Shown here: positions 58,615-64,000 of the stretch, one piece after another
How positions within the stretch are numbered: the first letter of the stretch is position 1
Layout: the number at the start of each line of letters is the position of its first letter
IMG/VR virus record: IMGVR_UViG_3300028184_000121
Coordinates: 1 to 64,000 of that record
DNA from: an uncultured virus (IMG/VR IMGVR_UViG_3300028184_000121)
Taxonomy: Duplodnaviria > Heunggongvirae > Uroviricota > Caudoviricetes
Strand: one strand, 5' to 3'
DNA: 64,000 nt
Program-made: the position numbers and the translations under genes
The notes under the pieces: generated by a model
The model's input: the letters and a program-made list of their open reading frames with translations, nothing else
What the model was told of the DNA's origin: nothing
Database searches by the model: none

Positions 58615-58631
58615 CGCTACTATAATGTATA
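58615..58631 (-). promoter_or_regulatory. Early-type promoter TATACATTATAgtaGCG
   Basis: Recurrent motif upstream of beta-C. Confidence 0.6.
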
Positions 58632-58708
58632 TTTATAGAAGGAGTGAATATTTACTATGAACCCAAAAAAAAATAAGGGTAAGCTTTTGCTTACCCTCCC
58701 CCTAATCA

Positions 58709-59215
58709 TTAAACGATGTCAAATAACTTCGTAATGATTTCTATCTCTTTATCCATTTTATATGGTTGACCCTCTGGTAAGTAGATTGCAACTTCTTTAT
58801 GCATCTTATCAAAGTTAGGGTCTTTACTTGTAATCTCAATTACTGCTACTTCATCAACTGAGAAGTTTGGTAATTGTAATTTACTTTCAGCTTGACTATA
58901 GAAAGTAGCTTCCTTCTCAATCTTCTTACCTACTTCTACATTACCTACGATTACACGGCAATATTGTTTTACGTAAGTTGGTACTGTGTTACCTGCTTTA
59001 GATTTAGTAATATCTTTATCAAAACATTTTTCAGCAAATTTCTTTGAAGTTTCATATACGTTAATTCTGTATTGTTCCATCACATCCATATTACTCACTA
59101 CAGCTTCAATCTGAGATTTAGTTAATGCACCTCGCGTACGCTTGATAATCGTTCCGATTAAAATCGCCTTTCGTTCCGCCATATTAAGTGTTTTATAATT
59201 TTTTAATTCCGACAT
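58709..59215 (-). CDS. Hypothetical protein, 'hYIP' family
   Basis: VIVGNVEVG; VAIYLP. Confidence 0.75.
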   Translation of the reverse strand: MSELKNYKTLNMAERKAILIGTIIKRTRGALTKSQIEAVVSNMDVMEQYRINVYETSKKFAEKCFDKDITKSKAGNTVPTYVKQYCRVIVGNVEVGKKIEKEATFYSQAESKLQLPNFSVDEVAVIEITSKDPNFDKMHKEVAIYLPEGQPYKMDKEIEIITKLFDIV

Positions 59216-59237
59216 TGTTAAAATTCCTCCTAATTAG

Positions 59238-59762
59238 TTATGTTAAACAAACGTGTAATTCATAATGTAAACTTATTGGTTGTTCTTCTCTCGTTACTTC
59301 CCTAACGATCATAGTTGCAAATAAGTTACGTGTACCAAAATCTTCTATGTTTCCAATTTCAAATGTTTTACCCTCGACGATATTTACACCTTCGATGATT
59401 TCTGTATCATAATTATAACCATATCCATATGCTTGGAATGATGCTTTTGCTTTTGCTTTTGTTATTTTAATATCTCCGATTATCACTACAGGCATAGCCA
59501 CATGACGGATTGTTACTTCTTTTCCATCCTCCATCATTGTATATGTGAAGTCTCTTCCTGTACATGCATTTGATAGGAACTTGCGATATGCAGGACCTCT
59601 TTCTGCGGCATCAGCATAAATGTGTACTGCATCAATATGATGTGTTGTGAAAACACCTATGAATGCTGATCTATCTCCGTCTCCTAATTCTAATCTACTA
59701 ATCCCAAAAGGTCTTGGTCCAAATATTGATAAGAATGCTTCTTCATGTTTTAATGTAGTCAT
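59238..59762 (-). CDS. Hypothetical protein, 'hYIP' family
   Basis: VHIY, IIGDIKI, ELHVCL. Confidence 0.72.
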   Translation of the reverse strand: MTTLKHEEAFLSIFGPRPFGISRLELGDGDRSAFIGVFTTHHIDAVHIYADAAERGPAYRKFLSNACTGRDFTYTMMEDGKEVTIRHVAMPVVIIGDIKITKAKAKASFQAYGYGYNYDTEIIEGVNIVEGKTFEIGNIEDFGTRNLFATMIVREVTREEQPISLHYELHVCLT

Positions 59763-59775
59763 TATTATTTCCCCC

Positions 59776-60330
59776 TTATTTTATCCCTCTGTAGTTGTAA
59801 CACAATTCCATAACGGTATCTGGTATATAGACATGTAACCTGGACTTAATATCCGAATCAGTTACTTCTTCATTTTCCAGAGTCTGATAGGAATGTGTGA
59901 CTCGAATGATTAAAATATTCTCATGGAGATTTTTAGGGTCATAGTCTTTTGACTCACCTCTGACATCGATATCAACATCCACACATCGACCACTATTGAA
60001 TGGATCGAATATAACCGCCGCATTTACATGTGTGTCTGGAATCTTGATGTCTTTTGGAATGAGTAACCATTCCGGTGTTACCTTTTGCTTTATTTCTAAT
60101 GTCCCACCATCAAGCTTGTATATGCCATCTCTTTTTGTGGTAGCGTGCATAGTGAATACAGGATACTCCTTGTATCCCATGTATACCGCTACATCATCTA
60201 TAATATTACTGAACTGCAATTGATGCCGTAGAACTGCAATTACATTCTCAGCTGGTTGAAATCCTCTAATTCCCAAAATCACATTACTGTCTAATGATTG
60301 TAAAGCCACCTCTTTAGTTAGAATAGTCAT
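59776..60330 (-). CDS. Hypothetical protein, 'hYIP' family
   Basis: VAVYMG; RLHVYIP. Confidence 0.75.
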   Translation of the reverse strand: MTILTKEVALQSLDSNVILGIRGFQPAENVIAVLRHQLQFSNIIDDVAVYMGYKEYPVFTMHATTKRDGIYKLDGGTLEIKQKVTPEWLLIPKDIKIPDTHVNAAVIFDPFNSGRCVDVDIDVRGESKDYDPKNLHENILIIRVTHSYQTLENEEVTDSDIKSRLHVYIPDTVMELCYNYRGIK

Positions 60331-60400
60331 TTTTAATAACCTCTTTCTATTATATTATCGGATGGAGTTTTATCTCCATCCGGTGTTACCATTGATAAAC

Positions 60401-60901
60401 CTATATACGATTATTAGGAATATAAATGTGTAATTCTTTGAGGTCATGTTCTTGCCCATCGTCATTCGTTCCATAACGATTTACCTGAACAATTTGTAAC
60501 TTGCTTTCATTTAAAGTTCCTTGTACATGAGGTCGTTCGACTTCTCCTATACGTGGATGCTCCATAAGACAATCATAGGCTACATCCGCAAACTCTAATG
60601 AACCGCATGTAGCTTCTCCGTATAATACATAATTTGCTGTAGCATACGTAATTTTAGTATCTGGTTCAGTCACTGATACATATTTTACTAACATACGAGT
60701 TAAAGCATTATCTATAAACTTTTGTGTTTTAGAATACGCTTCATTTCGATCCGAGTATATATGAACTAAGTCAAATTTTTCTTTGTGTAATGTTGCGAGT
60801 AGAACGTGTAATTCATTATGCATTAACATAAAGTCTTTTAAACCTAATACGTTCGGTGAGAATAGTGAGTGTAATGTTTCATCATGTGATAGTGTTTTCA
60901 T
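60401..60901 (-). CDS. Hypothetical protein, 'hYIP' family
   Basis: ATG 60901 after GAGGAG; VHIY, VLYGE, ELHIYIP. Confidence 0.75.
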   Translation of the reverse strand: MKTLSHDETLHSLFSPNVLGLKDFMLMHNELHVLLATLHKEKFDLVHIYSDRNEAYSKTQKFIDNALTRMLVKYVSVTEPDTKITYATANYVLYGEATCGSLEFADVAYDCLMEHPRIGEVERPHVQGTLNESKLQIVQVNRYGTNDDGQEHDLKELHIYIPNNRI

Positions 60902-60947
60902 TGTAATATCTCTCCTCAAATAAATTAGTAGGATAAAGCTTTTAGCT

Positions 60948-61418
60948 TTATCCCTGTTCTGCTTGCAGAATGCGATTCTCTGGAATGTGTATATACATAA
61001 TACTTCCATCGCCTCTATATTTCATTTTGTCAGCATGTATAACTCCAACTAAATCTTCTGCTAGGGTCATAGTAAACTGATTAGAATCAACGAAGCATTC
61101 GCTTCGTTTTTCACTATTGGGTTGATACTTTGGATAGACTGAGTCTTCCACTTTTCCTACTGACACGTTACCTGATAAGACTTTAATACGACGCATTTCC
61201 ATTCGGTCAGACGTTTGTTTAAAGTTACTGTCATAGCACGCTAGTTTCTTGAATGGCGATAACTCTCCATTCCCAAAGAAGAAGCGAACTCCTGTGATAT
61301 CATCATTCTTCTTTAAGTGTGAAACTAATACTTTCTTTTCTGAATCTTTCATTAATCCGCCATGCGGGATCATAGATTCATTGTACTTCATAAGTTCTTC
61401 TCTTACGTATAATTCCAT
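60948..61418 (-). CDS. Hypothetical protein, 'hYIP' family
   Basis: VLSGNVSVG; MYIHIP. Confidence 0.75.
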   Translation of the reverse strand: MELYVREELMKYNESMIPHGGLMKDSEKKVLVSHLKKNDDITGVRFFFGNGELSPFKKLACYDSNFKQTSDRMEMRRIKVLSGNVSVGKVEDSVYPKYQPNSEKRSECFVDSNQFTMTLAEDLVGVIHADKMKYRGDGSIMYIHIPENRILQAEQG

Positions 61419-61425
61419 TTCTTAG

Positions 61426-61486
61426 CTCCTTATCTCCATACCTTATAAGTATGGGGGAGGGTTGTTATGGACAACCCTAAAACCTT
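61426..61486 (-). promoter_or_regulatory. Structured 5' leader, copy 3
   Basis: AAGGTTT(T) + AGGGTTGT-CCATA-ACAACCCT + CCATAC/GTATGG hairpin + AAGGAG. Confidence 0.7.
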
Positions 61487-61499
61487 TATTAATGGCTTA

Positions 61500-61518
61500 C
61501 TCACTAATATAATGTATG
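61500..61518 (-). promoter_or_regulatory. Early-type promoter CATACATTATAttaGTGAG
   Basis: Recurrent motif. Confidence 0.65.
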
Positions 61519-61543
61519 ACTGAATACACATTTGTTACGTTTT

Positions 61544-62083
61544 TTATTCTACTGGAATTGTAGGGTTAATATTAGGCTGATATACATGTAGTTCATTATA
61601 CACTTCATCATGCTCTTTTCCTGTAGTTAACTCTTTTACGCAACGAGTAATTGTTCTAATAAAGATATGAGGCTTCTCAATATCAAAGTTCTCAAATTCT
61701 TTATCTGTATCAGCAATGAGAGTCTGACGTGTTTTACCAAAAATAGTCTCTACTGTCTGGCGAATATGCTTATCACCAAATTCAATATCACTATCAATAG
61801 CCTTTACAAAGATACTTGACATCTCCATACACTCATCATTTTTACCGTAATACTTTTCATTATATAATACGTCAGTGATAGACATTTCTTGAGAGTTAAT
61901 ATCATCTTTATGATGATATACAAAACGAAGAAACTTATCAGATGATAAGTTCTTCAGTAATGTAGCTGTAATATTTCTATCCATTTCCGATATGATATTA
62001 TTCTCTACCATGTGATCATATCGTGCTTGCATTGTTTTTATTAATTGACCAATATGTTCTAGTCCGTCTCCAAATATATGCAT
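61544..62083 (-). CDS. Hypothetical protein, 'hYIP' family
   Basis: ATG 62083 after GAGGAG; DIEFG; ELHVYQP. Confidence 0.75.
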   Translation of the reverse strand: MHIFGDGLEHIGQLIKTMQARYDHMVENNIISEMDRNITATLLKNLSSDKFLRFVYHHKDDINSQEMSITDVLYNEKYYGKNDECMEMSSIFVKAIDSDIEFGDKHIRQTVETIFGKTRQTLIADTDKEFENFDIEKPHIFIRTITRCVKELTTGKEHDEVYNELHVYQPNINPTIPVE

Positions 62084-62084
62084 A

Positions 62085-62690
62085 CTAGTTCTCCTCACTT
62101 TCTGTAAATTCTTCAAATAAGGTACCTGGCATTAGAATATGTAATGAGTATTCAGGTTTCGTACTTGTAGCAGAGCGTTCTGCAAATATACGATGAGATT
62201 CATAATCTTTTACTAGTGCAATAATAATCTCTTTTTTACCCGGGAACTTAGTAAGTTTTTCGGATGTAGTTGTCATGATTTCCAATTGTCCAGTATGTGT
62301 CATTTTCTGTGACGTATGGATACATTTATTACCTTTAAGAATAGCGTCAGCACCCTTAACGATATCCACTCGTCGAGTGGTAGTTTTATTACCAATAATT
62401 TCAGAGATATTTGGAACTTCTCCCACAGGGTATTGCATATTCGTAGGAACTGTTTCATCCATATCAATACACTTAAATGCGAAGTCTAAGAAGTCCTTCG
62501 AGAATAATGAGCAATCCCCACCATCGTATAAGTGTACTAATTTAAGTCCATATGTATCATCTTGTAGTAATGTTTTAATTGCATCTGTATGATCTTGTGA
62601 GAAGTGTAATGATGAATTCTTAGGAAGGAATTTATCCAGCCCGTCCTTCTCGATATGTTGTAATGTAAGTTCTTTTGATAGTGTAATCAT
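62085..62690 (-). CDS. Hypothetical protein, 'hYIP' family
   Basis: VHLYDG; SLHILMP. Confidence 0.72.
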   Translation of the reverse strand: MITLSKELTLQHIEKDGLDKFLPKNSSLHFSQDHTDAIKTLLQDDTYGLKLVHLYDGGDCSLFSKDFLDFAFKCIDMDETVPTNMQYPVGEVPNISEIIGNKTTTRRVDIVKGADAILKGNKCIHTSQKMTHTGQLEIMTTTSEKLTKFPGKKEIIIALVKDYESHRIFAERSATSTKPEYSLHILMPGTLFEEFTESEEN

Positions 62691-63265
62691 TATTTATTCT
62701 CTCCCTTTTCTGTAGTTGGTACATATACCATAATATGTCGGTAAACACCCATAACGTCAGCAGGTTTATACCATTGCATTTCATTATTTGGGCGTGTAGC
62801 TATTTCTACTTCTACTTCGCATATAATAACATTATTTATAAACATTGGAATTGCTACACCATCTTCATCACAAGCGGTACATGATTCCATAATTTCAGTT
62901 TGCATAACACCATTACGATTCATATATGCAAAGTTTTTAATTTTTCTTGTTTTAGGTTGATAAGTTCCAAATAATACTGTAACTTTATGAGTATCAAATG
63001 AATCGAATGGTTTTACACCAATTCGAGATATGTGCTTGTTTGTAGCCTCATCGATAAATGTAAACATATCATTCTGACCTTCGAAGATTGCAATACTATC
63101 GATAACCTTTTCACCTTGTGCGAGTCTATCTAAGATAATATCATGATGCTCATGTAGTAATGAGCCATCTCTACATAATTTTGTAATTTTATTAAGTCCT
63201 TTATCTATATTCTCTAAGCGAATATTTTCATATACTTTCTCAGCCTTATGTAAGTCTGTCGTCAT
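62690..63265 (-). CDS. Hypothetical protein, 'hYIP' family
   Basis: IAIFEG, VLFG, IMVYVP. Confidence 0.72.
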   Translation of the reverse strand: MTTDLHKAEKVYENIRLENIDKGLNKITKLCRDGSLLHEHHDIILDRLAQGEKVIDSIAIFEGQNDMFTFIDEATNKHISRIGVKPFDSFDTHKVTVLFGTYQPKTRKIKNFAYMNRNGVMQTEIMESCTACDEDGVAIPMFINNVIICEVEVEIATRPNNEMQWYKPADVMGVYRHIMVYVPTTEKGENK

Positions 63266-63323
63266 TTCTATTTCCTCCTCTAAGGTTTCTCAATATAATG
63301 TAGGATGATTTCTAAAAAATGAC

Positions 63324-63355
63324 AAAAAAGAAGAGTAGACCGAAGTCTACTCTCT
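63324..63355 (-). terminator. Intrinsic terminator
   Basis: AGAGTAGAC-TTCG-GTCTACTCT + T-run on minus strand. Confidence 0.9.
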
Positions 63356-63358
63356 TTC

Positions 63359-64000
63359 TTAGTATTTATCACGAACTGTGATATATGCACCATGAACCCA
63401 TTCGTCATCATTGATGCAGTACCAATCACCTTGACGTGTCCAAACGCGTACTTGTGCACCGCTTGTAAGTTGTTTCTTAATAGAGAAGTTTGTTCCTGGA
63501 CCTGTACGTACATTTAATACAGATGCTGTTACTACAGCTCCACCAGAAATAAAGTCTCCACCTACGTCAGAACGAACCCATCCAGAACCTAAGTTCCACC
63601 AAATGTAACCGTCTTCACCTTTGACATAACCGTAGTATAAATACTCAAGTTTATCAAGTGTTTTAACGATTCTTGAATTTGTAGATGGCTGTTCACGTAA
63701 ACGTACACCAGTGCCAGTTACTTTTACACGACCAATTGGAAGACCTGCGTTTTTATCAACAAGACTACCACTGTCAGGTGCAATGCTTGGAGGTGGTGTT
63801 GGAACACTCGCTCCAGTATACCATTCAAGTGTTTTATCACCTAATAGCATATTTACATCAGAACGTGTTTGGATACCTGGAATGTTACCGTACTCAGTAT
63901 ATTGCCAAATATCTACACGCATTTTTGGTTTAGGACCATCTGGGTTAGGAGATTTGTTAGCTCCGTAACGTGGTACCCAAACGAAGTCAGCATCCACTTT
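63359..64000 (-). CDS. Endolysin/cell-wall hydrolase: end of GH25 muramidase domain plus two SH3b domains (5' end outside window)
   Basis: WVPRY, IWQYT..G.IPGI...DVN; Pro linker; VRLREQPST...GWV and LNVRTGPGT...EWV. Confidence 0.85.
   Translation of the reverse strand, partial: KVDADFVWVPRYGANKSPNPDGPKPKMRVDIWQYTEYGNIPGIQTRSDVNMLLGDKTLEWYTGASVPTPPPSIAPDSGSLVDKNAGLPIGRVKVTGTGVRLREQPSTNSRIVKTLDKLEYLYYGYVKGEDGYIWWNLGSGWVRSDVGGDFISGGAVVTASVLNVRTGPGTNFSIKKQLTSGAQVRVWTRQGDWYCINDDEWVHGAYITVRDKY

Noticed and set aside
2008..63968. Numerous 60-180-aa ORFs antisense to or overlapping long genes (e.g. 2008, 20976, 23764, 29038, 51941, 53904, 62275)
   Set aside because: No SD, atypical composition, explained by codon bias of the real gene on the other strand
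1..64000. CRISPR array, tRNA/rRNA, IS elements, introns or inteins
   Set aside because: No regularly spaced repeats, cloverleaf or transposase seen; RNAP, terminase, polymerase and ligase ORFs are uninterrupted with no obvious intein ends. tRNAscan/Infernal were not run
1..64000. Chimallin, PhuZ, RNAP beta' N-half, promoter-specificity subunit, Ugi
   Set aside because: No recognisable motifs in this window, so neither a phage nucleus nor uracil DNA can be asserted from it

Overview
This window is an AT-rich 64-kb segment of a jumbo myophage genome in the phiKZ-related PBS1/AR9-like group, probably infecting a Bacillus-type host (strong Gram-positive Shine-Dalgarno sites, GH25+SH3b lysin). 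It encodes three split subunits of a phage multisubunit RNA polymerase (beta' C-half, beta N-half, beta C-half; probably the non-virion enzyme), an SF2 helicase, one part of a split family-B DNA polymerase, an SbcC/Rad50 ATPase and an NAD-dependent ligase. A morphogenesis module contains a prohead protease, major capsid, terminase, portal, tail sheath and tail tube. Two expanded paralog families are visible: 8 discoidin-like proteins and at least 11 small proteins ending in an 'hYIP' motif. Two phage promoter classes can be read directly (AACA-N6-TA/G and TATAYATTAT...GTG). The most novel signals are: (i) a short basic peptide motif shared by the termini of DNA polymerase, ligase, RNAP beta and an unknown protein; (ii) an insulated small RNA carrying an extended anti-Shine-Dalgarno sequence complementary to several phage RBSs; (iii) a covarying structured 5' leader RNA present in three copies; (iv) a terminator hairpin that buries the portal start codon; (v) an acidic HU-like pair. 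All family assignments come from motif recognition by eye, not database searches.
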